Below are positions 37,096 through 47,068 of a DNA stretch of 64,000 bases, one piece after another; within the stretch, counting starts at the first letter, position 1; every line of letters starts with the position of its first letter. The translations under genes were made by a program, and so were the position numbers. Origin of the DNA: an uncultured delta proteobacterium. GTDB lineage: Bacteria; Myxococcota_A; UBA9160; SMWR01. The stretch covers positions 480,001-544,000 of the forward strand of contig CAWHTE010000003.1 in the NCBI GenBank assembly GCA_963832165.1. The letters are read 5' to 3'. Below the pieces are notes generated by a model that was not told the DNA's origin, ran no database searches, and worked only from the letters and a program-made list of their open reading frames with translations.

Positions 37096-39333
37096 TTAGA
37101 AGTTGCGCCCGAGGTAGAGATAGGCCTGGCTGTGCCCACCCTCGCCGTAGGCGTAGGAGAGATAGAGCGGGCCGAGCGGCGTATCGACTCCGACGAACGG
37201 GCCCGCCGAGATCAGCAGATCGTTGTCGATGTCGCTGCGGTCGTCCCAGGCGTTCCCGATCTCGGCGAGTCCTCCGACGTACACGGGAAATTCCCAGGCA
37301 AAGACCGCGGGAGAGGCGATTCGCCGGTACGCGATGAGCCGCGCGAGCCCGGTGTGCTCTCCGCTGAGTGAATTGCGCTCGAATCCGGAATGGTTCAGGA
37401 AGCCTCCCAGCGAGTGCGCGGCTTCGATACGCGACCCCCCGATGTCGATCGACGTCTCGTACTTGAGCCCGACGCCGAACGTGTTCTTGCGCCATGTGCG
37501 GAAGATCGAGCCCCCTCCAGCGACGCGCTCGAAGTTCTCGGCGAAGCCGAGATCCTTGCGGAAGAAGGTCGCGTCGATGCGGCCATACGCGCCGTCGTTC
37601 GGGAAGCGCACGTCGTCGAGCGTGTCCCATTCCAGGGTGGCCCCGTACACCCCACCCGAGAACTTCTGGTTCCTGAACGCCGCTGGATCGCCGATCGAGC
37701 GGGTGGCCTTCCCGTTGTAGTAGCCGATGCCGCCGCGCACCTGCGCGTAGCGGCCGACATTGAACCCCACGAAGAAGCCGGTGAGCGCCTCCTCGAAGTC
37801 GTACTCGGCGAGATGGTGGTCGCGCTCCCAGACGTCGACTTTGCGCAGCGTGTAGTCCACGAACGGCATCACGAACAGCCACTCGCGCGGCTCGATCGGC
37901 TGATAGAGCTCGGTGCCGACGTGAGAGGTGTCGCCGAACTGAGCCGCGGTGCGGATCTCGCCGTCCCACGAGTTGATCGGGAACACGACGTGATTGAGCC
38001 CGATGTTGAAGGTGGACGACTTGCCGAGATTCGACTCGAGGTTCAGGCCGAACCTGATGTACTGACGACCGCGCTCGCGCGCGTCCATCTCGTAGATCAG
38101 CACCGTGCGGTCGTTCTCGCGGCGCACGTCGAAGCGCACGCGCTCGAACGCGTCGAGGCCGAACAGGCGGCCGAGATCGTCCGACACGGCCTCGAGGTCG
38201 AGCGGCTTTCCCGCCTCGGAGTCGATGCGCGCCTTGACGACGCGATCCGAGACCGGCGAGCGGTTCACGATGCGGACCTCGTCGATCACGGGCAGCTGGA
38301 CGGGCGGCCTGCGCTGCTTCTTCAGCCACTCGGCGTATTCGGCTTCCGAGACCGAATAACGCGCGAGGCGGTCCTTGTTCGCGAGCGCCGCCTGCCGGCC
38401 GATCTCGACCGCCTCCGCCATGCGTGTGAAGTCGGACGCGGCGATGTCGCCGAGCGGCGGCTGGAGCAGCACGTCGTCTTTCTTGAGGCGCGCGATCTGT
38501 GCCGCCTGCGACTGCTGCACGGGGAAGGTCGACACCTGACCCGAGATCGCGACGGCGGTCTCGAGATCGTCGAGCTTGGAGGCGGGCGTCGAGATGTCGA
38601 CCGCGATCACCGCGTCGGCGCCGAGCTCCTGCGCCACGTCGATCGGCAGGTTGTTCGCCACGTAGCCATCGACGAGCAGCCGCTTGTTCAGGCTCACCGG
38701 AGAGAACGCGGCGGGGATCGACATGCTCGCGCGCTGCGCGACGGCGAGGGGACCCCGGTCGAATACGAACTGCTCTCCGGTCTCGATGTCGGTCGCCACC
38801 GCGCGGTAGGGCAGGCGCAGATTCTCGATCTGCGCGAGGCCGTTCGCGTCGAGCGTCATCGCGCGCAGCAGGAAGTCGAGCTTCTGGCCCTCGGCGACAC
38901 CGGACGGGATGAAGAGGCTCCAGTTCTTGATGCCCAGGCGCAGATTCGTGAGGAAGCTGCGGTCGTCCTGTTTGCGCCGGAACGAGAGGTCCTGGCGGTC
39001 GGGCTTGTCCTGGAACACGCGCACCCAGTCGACGCTCTGGATCGTGTCGTTCACCTCGGCGGGCGAGAGCCCCGCCGCGTAGAGGCCGCCCACGACCGAG
39101 CCCATGCTCGTGCCCGTAACGAAATCGACCGGGATTCGCATCTCTTCGAGCACCTGGAGCACGCCCAGGTGTGCCGCGCCGCGCGCACCGCCGCCCGAGA
39201 GCACGAGGCCGAGCTTCGGGCGCGCAGCGCGCTTGGCGGGTTTCTCCGCGGGCGCAGGGCCGGGCAGCACCAGAACAAAAGCAACGGCGACCAACAGAGC
39301 GATGAATGCCCGGCCGTTTCCCCGATTCCTCAT
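37096..39333 (-). CDS. Patatin-like phospholipase with POTRA and Omp85-type barrel (PlpD-like, type Vd)
   Basis: LSGGGARGAAH, GTSMG, DGY; C-terminal DTPLGPLYLSY...YLYLGRNF. Confidence 0.9.
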   Translation of the reverse strand: MRNRGNGRAFIALLVAVAFVLVLPGPAPAEKPAKRAARPKLGLVLSGGGARGAAHLGVLQVLEEMRIPVDFVTGTSMGSVVGGLYAAGLSPAEVNDTIQSVDWVRVFQDKPDRQDLSFRRKQDDRSFLTNLRLGIKNWSLFIPSGVAEGQKLDFLLRAMTLDANGLAQIENLRLPYRAVATDIETGEQFVFDRGPLAVAQRASMSIPAAFSPVSLNKRLLVDGYVANNLPIDVAQELGADAVIAVDISTPASKLDDLETAVAISGQVSTFPVQQSQAAQIARLKKDDVLLQPPLGDIAASDFTRMAEAVEIGRQAALANKDRLARYSVSEAEYAEWLKKQRRPPVQLPVIDEVRIVNRSPVSDRVVKARIDSEAGKPLDLEAVSDDLGRLFGLDAFERVRFDVRRENDRTVLIYEMDARERGRQYIRFGLNLESNLGKSSTFNIGLNHVVFPINSWDGEIRTAAQFGDTSHVGTELYQPIEPREWLFVMPFVDYTLRKVDVWERDHHLAEYDFEEALTGFFVGFNVGRYAQVRGGIGYYNGKATRSIGDPAAFRNQKFSGGVYGATLEWDTLDDVRFPNDGAYGRIDATFFRKDLGFAENFERVAGGGSIFRTWRKNTFGVGLKYETSIDIGGSRIEAAHSLGGFLNHSGFERNSLSGEHTGLARLIAYRRIASPAVFAWEFPVYVGGLAEIGNAWDDRSDIDNDLLISAGPFVGVDTPLGPLYLSYAYGEGGHSQAYLYLGRNF

Positions 39334-39392
39334 GCGCGGCTTAGCTTGACCGCGATCGCAGTGATTGCGCAAGCGATTTCGTCGCGATCGGA

Positions 39393-40838
39393 TCAATCGA
39401 ACGGGGAGTACACGAGGCCCACGTGAATGCGCACGACATCGCCACTGTCGTCGCGGTTGTTCACCTCGCGGAACCCGTACAGCCCTTCGACACCGATCGA
39501 GAGCCGCTTGTACAGCTGGTAGATGAGATTGAGGCTGCCGTAGTAGGTCTCGTTGTAGGAATTTGCGAGCTGGATCCTCGTGTTGTCGACATGGACGTAG
39601 CCGAACGTGCCCGTCGACCGCAGGTCCGGCGTCCACTTGTGGGTGAGCGCGAGCATGCCGCTCTGGTAGGGCAGGGCCTCCAGATCACCATCGCTGTCGA
39701 ATGCGGCGTCCGTGTTCTCGAAGCCCGAGTCGTTGCCGAGGCCTCCGACTCCTTGACCGACCACGCCGAGGAACTGCATCGAGTCGTTGTCGGTGAACGC
39801 GATCGAGCCACTCAGGTTGACGCCCCAGCCGAGGTCTCCCTCGTGGCCGGCGAGGCCGTTGCGCACCTGGAGCGATCGCACGAGCGTGCTGAACTGGAGA
39901 TGGCCCAGGGCTCCCGGCTCCCAGCGGATGTTGAAGCCGCCGTCGGGCGCATTCTGCCGCTCGTCGCTATCCGGATCTCCCGTGTTGTCGATCTGCACGT
40001 TCGGGTCTTCGATCCCGACCGTGATGTTCCAGTGCTCCACGAGCTCGCGCGTGTAGTGGAGCACGGGGCGCCGCGCGAAGATCATCGAGTTCGGCCCCTC
40101 GTAGTCCACCGTGTCGGGCCAGGAGTCGGGGTTCTCCCAGAGGCTGTACGTGAACCCGCCGACGACTCCATGGAACTGGCCGTAGAGATGCTGCAGCCGG
40201 TACTCCATGTGGCTGTCGTCTTCGCCGAAGAAATCGTTCTGGTAGAAGAGGCGGAAGTTGCCGCCGAGTGCCGGAGCGCGCAGGTCGACGCGGATCTGGC
40301 TGCCGTTGGCGCCGGCGTCGAACTGCGCACCGGCGTCGTAATCCGACGTGTTCTCGATCGCAAACAGCGCCGGAGCGAACCGGTACCGGCTGTCGCCCGG
40401 ACTCCGCAGCGTCTGCATCAGATCGAGACGGGGCCTCGGGTTGAACTTCACCATGAACACGGTGCGCGGAACCGGGATGAAGCCGCGGTACTGCGGATCG
40501 AGCACGTAATCGCCGGGCCGCGCCGCGGCCTCCTGGCGGTCGTCGAAGGTGCTGCGGTTCGCGACCGGGCTCTGACGGGTGTCGGGATACAGCTGCGCCT
40601 CGATCTCCTCGGCCGACCGCGCCGTACTCGGATCCGGCGGTGCGGACACGGGCGGCGGTGACTCCCGCTCGAGCTCCTCGATGCGGGTTTCGAGGTCGCG
40701 GATCACGCCGTCCTGTCGCTCGAGCTGCTGCTCGAGCTGATCCACTTCCTTCTTCGTGGGCGTTTTGTCCGCGGCGCTCGCCGCGGTTCCACACACCAGA
40801 CCGATGCTCGCGATCCAAGCGGTGAGTCGACGCGCCAT
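39393..40838 (-). CDS. DcaP-family trimeric outer-membrane porin
   Basis: Signal peptide and N-terminal coiled coil; YRLQHLYG, PDTVDYEGP, IEDP; C-terminal aromatic beta-strand. Confidence 0.78.
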   Translation of the reverse strand: MARRLTAWIASIGLVCGTAASAADKTPTKKEVDQLEQQLERQDGVIRDLETRIEELERESPPPVSAPPDPSTARSAEEIEAQLYPDTRQSPVANRSTFDDRQEAAARPGDYVLDPQYRGFIPVPRTVFMVKFNPRPRLDLMQTLRSPGDSRYRFAPALFAIENTSDYDAGAQFDAGANGSQIRVDLRAPALGGNFRLFYQNDFFGEDDSHMEYRLQHLYGQFHGVVGGFTYSLWENPDSWPDTVDYEGPNSMIFARRPVLHYTRELVEHWNITVGIEDPNVQIDNTGDPDSDERQNAPDGGFNIRWEPGALGHLQFSTLVRSLQVRNGLAGHEGDLGWGVNLSGSIAFTDNDSMQFLGVVGQGVGGLGNDSGFENTDAAFDSDGDLEALPYQSGMLALTHKWTPDLRSTGTFGYVHVDNTRIQLANSYNETYYGSLNLIYQLYKRLSIGVEGLYGFREVNNRDDSGDVVRIHVGLVYSPFD

Positions 40839-41067
40839 CCTGACTCCCTCTGGTTGGAGTTCATGCGTTTCGGAGCGAACTCGCGCACTCTATAACCCGG
40901 CGCCGATCACGAGCAATCGAAAAAGAATCCGGCCTAGCACAGCTCGCGTGATAGGATCGTCCGCCGCCCGAGCGCGATTCGCGATTGCTGTCCGTGATCA
41001 CGCGTTAAAGAATCGTGGATGCGGGTTAAATACCCGTTGTCTTTCACACACAGGGAAGGAGTCCGCC

Positions 41068-41445
41068 ATGCGAGTGCGAGTCGCGCTGCTGCTTCTGGGC
41101 GCGTCGCTGATTTCGACCGCACTCGGCTGCACGTCGAAGGTCGGAACCGTGACGATCTTCTCGACGCGCAACGTGGAGATGAGCCAGCCGCACGATCGTC
41201 TCCCTCGCGCGGAGCAGAGCGACAGCCGGTTGTGGCTCCTGTTCCTGCCGCTGGGAGGCGCGCCGAGCGGTCTCCAGGCTGCCACTGATCTGATCGAAGG
41301 GCAGAACGCCGACTATCTCACCAACGTCGAGGTGACCGAGGGCGGATGGTCGCTGCTCGCGATCAGCATGGGGTGGGTGACGGTGCAGGCCGATCCGTGG
41401 CGGCAGGGCGGTGGAGCGGCTCCGACCGGAACGAACCAGCGCTAG
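41068..41445 (+). CDS. Small lipoprotein (TRL/Bor-like), hypothetical
   Basis: AAGGAG RBS; lipobox ALGC; 125 aa. Confidence 0.7.
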   Translation: MRVRVALLLLGASLISTALGCTSKVGTVTIFSTRNVEMSQPHDRLPRAEQSDSRLWLLFLPLGGAPSGLQAATDLIEGQNADYLTNVEVTEGGWSLLAISMGWVTVQADPWRQGGGAAPTGTNQR

Positions 41446-41499
41446 GCGCTGCGCAGGGGTCGGCCCCATCTCGCGCGCCTTCCTCGCCGCTCGCTGCTG

Positions 41500-42597
41500 G
41501 TGTCAGCGGCGAGCGCCGCGGGCCGCGCAGCCGAGCCGGTGCCCGCGCTGCCCGATCCGATCCAGATCGATTCGTCGGGAACAGGGCAGCCGCCCGCCCA
41601 CGAGCCGGATCCGAAACGCGCGCGGGACTGGCTGTTGCTCACGAGCGGCGAGCTCCTGCGCGGCAGGATCGAGTACATCCGCGACGAAGAGGTCCACTTC
41701 GACAGCGACGAGCTCGAGGATCTCGAGCTCGACTGGTCCGACGTGGCGGGCTTCGCCTCACCGAGGCACAACACCTTTCGATTCGGCAACGAGACCATCG
41801 TCACGGGCACGGCAGCGATGCGCGGTGGCGTGATCCGCGTCGATACGAGTGCCGGAGTCCGCGAGTTCCCGCGCAACGAGCTCTACAGCATGATCGAAGG
41901 GGAGCTGCGCGAGCTCGACTACTGGTCGCTCGATGCGGGTCTGGGTCTCACGTGGCGCTCGGGCAACTCGGACCAGGCGGATATGACCGCTCGGCTGGAC
42001 GTGAAGCGCGAGACCGCGCTGACGCGGCTCGTCGCGGCCTACGAGAGCGCGTACAGCGAGGTCGAGAGCGACGACGTCACCGACAATCAGCGCCTGACGA
42101 GCTACTTCGCCTACTTCGTGACGACGCGCGCCTCGCTGGCCGCTCCGATCGTCGAGCTCTACCGCGACCGCGTTCGCAACGTCGACTTGCGGACGACGGT
42201 GGCCGCCGGCGTCGGATACGACGTCGTCGATCGCCCGCGCATCGAGTGGAACGTGCTCGGCGGTGCGGGCTACCAGCGGGCGGAGTACGCCTCGATCGAG
42301 GTAGGTGAAGCGGACACCACCGAAGACGCCGCGCTGCTGTTCCAGACCCGATTCGAGCTCGACCCGATCGCCGACGTGGACTGGGACACCACCTATACGC
42401 TGATCGCGGTCGTGTCGGATTGGGACAAGACGAGTCATCACCTGTTGTCGGTGCTGTCGTTCGAGGTCTGGGGGCCGCTCGATCTCGACGTGAGCTTCGA
42501 TTGGGACCGCATCGAGAGGCCCGCCGAAGACCGCAACGGCGATGCGCCCGATAGCGACGATTTCCAGCTGACGGTCGGCGTCTCCCTCGAGCTCTGA
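41500..42597 (+). CDS. DUF481-family outer-membrane beta-barrel; true start uncertain
   Basis: DWLLLTSGELLRGRI N-domain, GLTWRSGNSD, alternating beta-strands ending VGVSLEL. Confidence 0.75.
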   Translation: MSAASAAGRAAEPVPALPDPIQIDSSGTGQPPAHEPDPKRARDWLLLTSGELLRGRIEYIRDEEVHFDSDELEDLELDWSDVAGFASPRHNTFRFGNETIVTGTAAMRGGVIRVDTSAGVREFPRNELYSMIEGELRELDYWSLDAGLGLTWRSGNSDQADMTARLDVKRETALTRLVAAYESAYSEVESDDVTDNQRLTSYFAYFVTTRASLAAPIVELYRDRVRNVDLRTTVAAGVGYDVVDRPRIEWNVLGGAGYQRAEYASIEVGEADTTEDAALLFQTRFELDPIADVDWDTTYTLIAVVSDWDKTSHHLLSVLSFEVWGPLDLDVSFDWDRIERPAEDRNGDAPDSDDFQLTVGVSLEL

Positions 42598-42659
42598 GCG
42601 CCGCGGATCGCGGACGGAAACGTTGGCCGGGAGCGGCGCGGTTGTGCAAGAGTCCGGCC

Positions 42660-43673
42660 ATGAATCGCATCGCTGCGTGCGCGACGTTTGCGATCTCGCT
42701 GCTCGCGGCCGTCCCGAGTGCGGCGGAGGTCGGCCACTTTGTCCCGGGACTGCTGAACATCCGGGACTACCTTCTGCCTGCGGAGCCGGGCGTCTACGGC
42801 GCGGCGTACAACTATTTCTACAGCACCGATCGGCGCAACGACGACCACGGCGACAAGATCCGGTCGCTCACGATCAATCCCGGAGGGGGTCCCGGGACTT
42901 CGGTCGGCATCGACGTGGATCTGGATCTCTACGCGCTCGCCGTTCCGTTGATCTGGGTGTCGGACTGGAAGGTGCTCGGCGCGCGCTATGGCGCGCTCGT
43001 GGCGCCGACGTTCGCCGACGCGAGTGTGGAGGCGGCGCTGGCGATCGGCCGCCGGCGCGGCGGCGAAGCCGACAACTCGAGCTTCGGGGTGGGCGATCCG
43101 TTCGTGCAGCCGATCTGGCTCGACTGGAGCGGAAAGCACTGGGAGGTGTCCGCCGCGTACGGCTTCTACGCCGGGATCGGCAAGTACGACACGGGCACGC
43201 GTGACGTACTCGGCAACCTGATCACGCTGGAAGATCCCGACAACATCGGCTTCGGCTTCTGGACGCATCAATTCCAGGCGGCCGCCGCCTGGTATCCATT
43301 CGACCACAAGGGAACCGCCGTCATGGGCGTCGCGACCTACGAGTACCACGCCGACAAGGAAGACTTCGACCTGCAGCCGGGCCAGAACGTCACGTTGAAC
43401 TGGGGCATCAGCCAGTTCATCCCGCTCACGTCGGACCAGCATCTGCTGTTCGAGATCGGTCCGGCGGGCTGGAATGGCTGGCAATCCTCGGCCGATGGCG
43501 GCAGCGACGCGACCAGCCACGAGCGCGACCGCACGCACGCTGCAGGAGGGCAGCTCGGTGTGACCTATCTCCCGTGGTTCCTGGCCGTGAACGTCCACGG
43601 ATTCTACGAATACGAAACAAGGAGCCGCTTTCAGGGCTATTCGCTGGGACTCAGTCTCGCGAAGAAGTTCTAG
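42660..43673 (+). CDS. SphA/MetA-pathway-of-phenol-degradation family outer-membrane channel
   Basis: Signal peptide; GHFVPGL, GVGDPFVQP, GKYD, NIGFGFWT, C-terminal Phe. Confidence 0.82.
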   Translation: MNRIAACATFAISLLAAVPSAAEVGHFVPGLLNIRDYLLPAEPGVYGAAYNYFYSTDRRNDDHGDKIRSLTINPGGGPGTSVGIDVDLDLYALAVPLIWVSDWKVLGARYGALVAPTFADASVEAALAIGRRRGGEADNSSFGVGDPFVQPIWLDWSGKHWEVSAAYGFYAGIGKYDTGTRDVLGNLITLEDPDNIGFGFWTHQFQAAAAWYPFDHKGTAVMGVATYEYHADKEDFDLQPGQNVTLNWGISQFIPLTSDQHLLFEIGPAGWNGWQSSADGGSDATSHERDRTHAAGGQLGVTYLPWFLAVNVHGFYEYETRSRFQGYSLGLSLAKKF

Positions 43674-43683
43674 AGGACCCGCC

Positions 43684-45345
43684 ATGGCGCGCTTGGATGC
43701 CCGAGCGCTGCTGCCGATCACGGATTGGCTGCCCCGTTACCGCGGGGAATGGCTGCGGCTCGACCTGATCGCGGGCGCAACCACCGCCGCGGTCGTGATC
43801 CCCAAGGCGATGGCCTATGCGACGGTCGCGGGCCTCCCCGTCGAGGTGGGCCTCTACACCGTCCTCGTGCCGATGATCGTCTACGCGTTCTTCGGAACCT
43901 CCCGCGTTCTCAGTGTCAGCACGACGACGACGATCGCGATCCTCACCGGCACGCAGCTCGCGCTCGTCGTGCCCGACGGCGATCGCAGCGCACTGCTCGT
44001 GGCTGCGGCGACGCTCACGCTCATGGTCGGAGGTCTGCTCGCGCTGGCGTCGCTCTTGCGGCTCGGCTTCGTGGCGAACTTCATCTCGGAGCCCGTGCTC
44101 GTCGGCTTCAAGGCGGGCATCGGTCTCGTGATCGTGCTCGATCAGATCCCGAAGCTGCTCGGCGTCCACTTCGCCAAGGGGAACTTTCTCCACAATCTGG
44201 TTCGGATCGCAGAGAACGTTCCCGAGACCTCGCTGCCGACGCTCGGTGTCGCGCTCGCGACGTTGGCCGTCCTGCTCGCGCTCGAGCGCTTCGCGCCGCG
44301 CTCGCCCGTGCCGCTGATCGCCGTGGCGGCGGGGATCGCGGCGTACGGCCTCTTCGACCTGCCCGTGGAGTCGGTCGGCGCGGTGCCGCAGGGCCTCCCG
44401 CGTTTCGTCGCGCCCGACTTCTCGCTTGCGGCGGCGCTGTGGCCCGGAGCGCTCGGTATCGCGCTGATGAGCTTTGCCGAGACGATCGCGGTCGCGCGCG
44501 CCTTTGCGCAGACCGGAGAGCCTCCGCCGCGACCGAATCAGGAACTGCTCGCGACGGGCCTCGCCAGCGCGGCGGGCTCGGTCTTCGGGTCGATGCCCGC
44601 GGGCGGCGGCACCTCGCAGACCGCGCTGAACCGCCAGGCGGGCGCGCGCACGCCGATCGCCGCCGTCGTGACGGCGCTGCTCACGCTCGTGACGATGCTC
44701 GTGCTCGCGCCGCTGATCGGACTCATGCCGCAGGCCACGCTCGCCGCGGTCGTGATCGTCTACTCGATCGGGCTGATCCAGCCCGGGGAATTCCGGGCGA
44801 TCCGAGACGTGCGGCGCATGGAGTTCCTCTGGGCCGTGGCGGCGCTCGCGGGGGTCGTGCTGCTCGGAACGCTCAAGGGGATCCTCGTCGCGATCGTGTT
44901 GTCGCTCGCATCGCTGGCCCATCAGATCGCCGATCCGCCGGTCTACGTGATCGGGCGCAAGCGCGGGACCAACGTCTTCCGCGCGCGCTCCGACGAGCAG
45001 CCCGATGACGAGACGTTCCCGGGACTGCTGATGCTCCGCATCGAGGGCCGCATCTTCTTCGCGAATGCGGAACGCATCGCTCAGAAGATCCGGCCGCTCA
45101 TCGAGGAGCAGCGCCCGCGCGTGGTTCTGCTCGACATGCGCGCGGTGCCGGACCTCGAGTACACCGCGCTCAAGATGCTCTCCGAGGCGGAAGAGCGGCA
45201 GCGCGAGCTCGGTGTCGAGCTCTGGCTCGTGGGGCTGAACCCCGAGGTGCTCAGCGTCGTGCAGCGCTCGTCGCTCGGAGAGCGGCTCGGGCGCGAGCGC
45301 ATGTTGTTCAATCTGGAGACGGCGGTCGCGAGATACCTCGCCTGA
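43684..45345 (+). CDS. SulP family anion transporter with STAS domain
   Basis: DLIAG...IPKAMAYA..AGLP..GLY, NQELLATG, GRIFFANA. Confidence 0.93.
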   Translation: MARLDARALLPITDWLPRYRGEWLRLDLIAGATTAAVVIPKAMAYATVAGLPVEVGLYTVLVPMIVYAFFGTSRVLSVSTTTTIAILTGTQLALVVPDGDRSALLVAAATLTLMVGGLLALASLLRLGFVANFISEPVLVGFKAGIGLVIVLDQIPKLLGVHFAKGNFLHNLVRIAENVPETSLPTLGVALATLAVLLALERFAPRSPVPLIAVAAGIAAYGLFDLPVESVGAVPQGLPRFVAPDFSLAAALWPGALGIALMSFAETIAVARAFAQTGEPPPRPNQELLATGLASAAGSVFGSMPAGGGTSQTALNRQAGARTPIAAVVTALLTLVTMLVLAPLIGLMPQATLAAVVIVYSIGLIQPGEFRAIRDVRRMEFLWAVAALAGVVLLGTLKGILVAIVLSLASLAHQIADPPVYVIGRKRGTNVFRARSDEQPDDETFPGLLMLRIEGRIFFANAERIAQKIRPLIEEQRPRVVLLDMRAVPDLEYTALKMLSEAEERQRELGVELWLVGLNPEVLSVVQRSSLGERLGRERMLFNLETAVARYLA

Positions 45346-45364
45346 CGCGCCCGGGAGAAGATCC

Positions 45365-46456
45365 ATGTCAGAGAACGCACCGGCTCGCCGACAGGGGGAT
45401 CACGAGGAGAGCGTTCAGCGCGCCGTCGAGGCGGCGATCCGCATCGGTGTCGTCGCGCTGCTCGGGGTCTGGGTGTTCCAGATCGTCGGGCCGTTCATCC
45501 AGCCGATCGTATGGGGCGCGATCATCGCCGTGGCCTGCGCCACTCCCTATCACTGGTTGGAGCGGCAGCTCGGCGGACGCAGCGTGGCGGCCGCGGTTCT
45601 GTTCACGCTGCTGGCGCTCGTCGTGTTGATCACGCCCACCGTGTTCCTGACCAGCGCCATCGTCGACTGGGGGCAGGGCGCCGCGGCCCAGATCCGCGAC
45701 GGCCAGCTCACGATCCCGCCCGCGCCAGAGACGGTGCGGGGCTGGCCGCTCGTCGGTGGTGCCATCTACGAGTTCTGGTCACTCGCGAACTCGAACCTCC
45801 AGGCTGCGCTCGTGAAGGCGCGCGAGCCGCTCGAGAGCGTCGGCCTGTGGCTGCTGTCCTCTGCCGCGACCGCGGGAGCCGTGGTGCTGCAGTTCGCGCT
45901 CTCGATCGTGGTCGCGGGCGTGCTCCTCGCGAACTCCGAAGGGTCGAAGGGTCTCGTCGACCGCTTCGCGGTCCGCCTCGCACCGGAGACGGGCCGGAAC
46001 ATGCGAGAGCTCGCCGAGCAGACGGTGCGCGGCGTGGCGACGGGCGTCGTGGGCATCGCCATCCTCCAGTGCATCCTCACCGCGATCGCCTTGTTCACGA
46101 TCGGGTTCCCCGGAGCCCCCTTCCTCGCGCTCTTGTGTCTGCTCGTCGCGATCGTGCAGCTCCCGCTCGCGATTCCGGTCCTGCCGATGATCATCTACGT
46201 GTGGGCCCACGAACCGGCGCTATCCGCAGCTCTGTTCACGGCGTGGATGATCCCGGTGACGCTCCTCGACAACATCCTGAAGCCGATCCTCATGGGCCGA
46301 GGCGTCGACGCGCCGATGCTCGTCGTGTTCATCGGCGCGATCGGGGGGCTCGCGTCCTCGGGGATCGTCGGGCTCTTCGTGGGCGCGGTCGTGATGGTCG
46401 TGGCCTATGCGCTGCTGAAGGCCTGGCTCGAACCGCGGCAGCAGACATCGGAGTGA
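45365..46456 (+). CDS. AI-2E family transporter
   Basis: DNILKPILMGRG..PMLVVFIGAIGG...GIVGLFVG. Confidence 0.92.
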   Translation: MSENAPARRQGDHEESVQRAVEAAIRIGVVALLGVWVFQIVGPFIQPIVWGAIIAVACATPYHWLERQLGGRSVAAAVLFTLLALVVLITPTVFLTSAIVDWGQGAAAQIRDGQLTIPPAPETVRGWPLVGGAIYEFWSLANSNLQAALVKAREPLESVGLWLLSSAATAGAVVLQFALSIVVAGVLLANSEGSKGLVDRFAVRLAPETGRNMRELAEQTVRGVATGVVGIAILQCILTAIALFTIGFPGAPFLALLCLLVAIVQLPLAIPVLPMIIYVWAHEPALSAALFTAWMIPVTLLDNILKPILMGRGVDAPMLVVFIGAIGGLASSGIVGLFVGAVVMVVAYALLKAWLEPRQQTSE

Positions 46457-46500
46457 AGCGAAGCGTTATGATCGATCTCGACGGGGGTCTTGGAGGGATC

Positions 46501-47058
46501 ATGAGAAGCTTGGCCTGGCTCGCGCTCTTCTCGACCGTTGGATGGCTCGGCTGTTCGGGGATCCACGTGACGACGGACTTCGACCCGAGCGCGAATTTCT
46601 CCGACGCGAAATCGTACGCGTGGTTCGACGAACGCTCGGGCGTGCAGGGAGACCGCGCCGACGTCACGAGCCTGCTCGACCGGCGCGTGCGCAGCGCGGT
46701 CGACGCCGAGCTGCAGGCGAAGGGGCTCGCGCGCGTCGACAAGAGCGCGGCCAAGCTGTTCGTGACCTACCACCTCGGCGTCGAGTCGAAGCTCGACATC
46801 GACACGATCAACTCGGGATACGGGTACGGTCGCTACGGCCGCTACGGTGGCATCGCCACCACGACCACCGTCCGGGAGTATCAGGAAGGGACGCTGCTGA
46901 TCGACCTGGTCGATCCGTCCTCGAAGCAGCTGATCTGGCGCGGGGCCGGGCAGGCGCGTCTCCGGGAATACAGCAGCCCCGAGGAGCGCGAGCAGAGGGT
47001 CGGTGAGGCCGTGAAGGCGATCCTCGCGGACTTTCCTCCCGGCTCGAAGAAGGATTGA
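46501..47058 (+). CDS. DUF4136 lipoprotein
   Basis: GGAGGG RBS; lipobox LGC; DFDPSANF, YQEGTLLIDLVD, LIWRG, FPP. Confidence 0.88.
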   Translation: MRSLAWLALFSTVGWLGCSGIHVTTDFDPSANFSDAKSYAWFDERSGVQGDRADVTSLLDRRVRSAVDAELQAKGLARVDKSAAKLFVTYHLGVESKLDIDTINSGYGYGRYGRYGGIATTTTVREYQEGTLLIDLVDPSSKQLIWRGAGQARLREYSSPEEREQRVGEAVKAILADFPPGSKKD

Positions 47059-47068
47059 GGCCGGGGCG

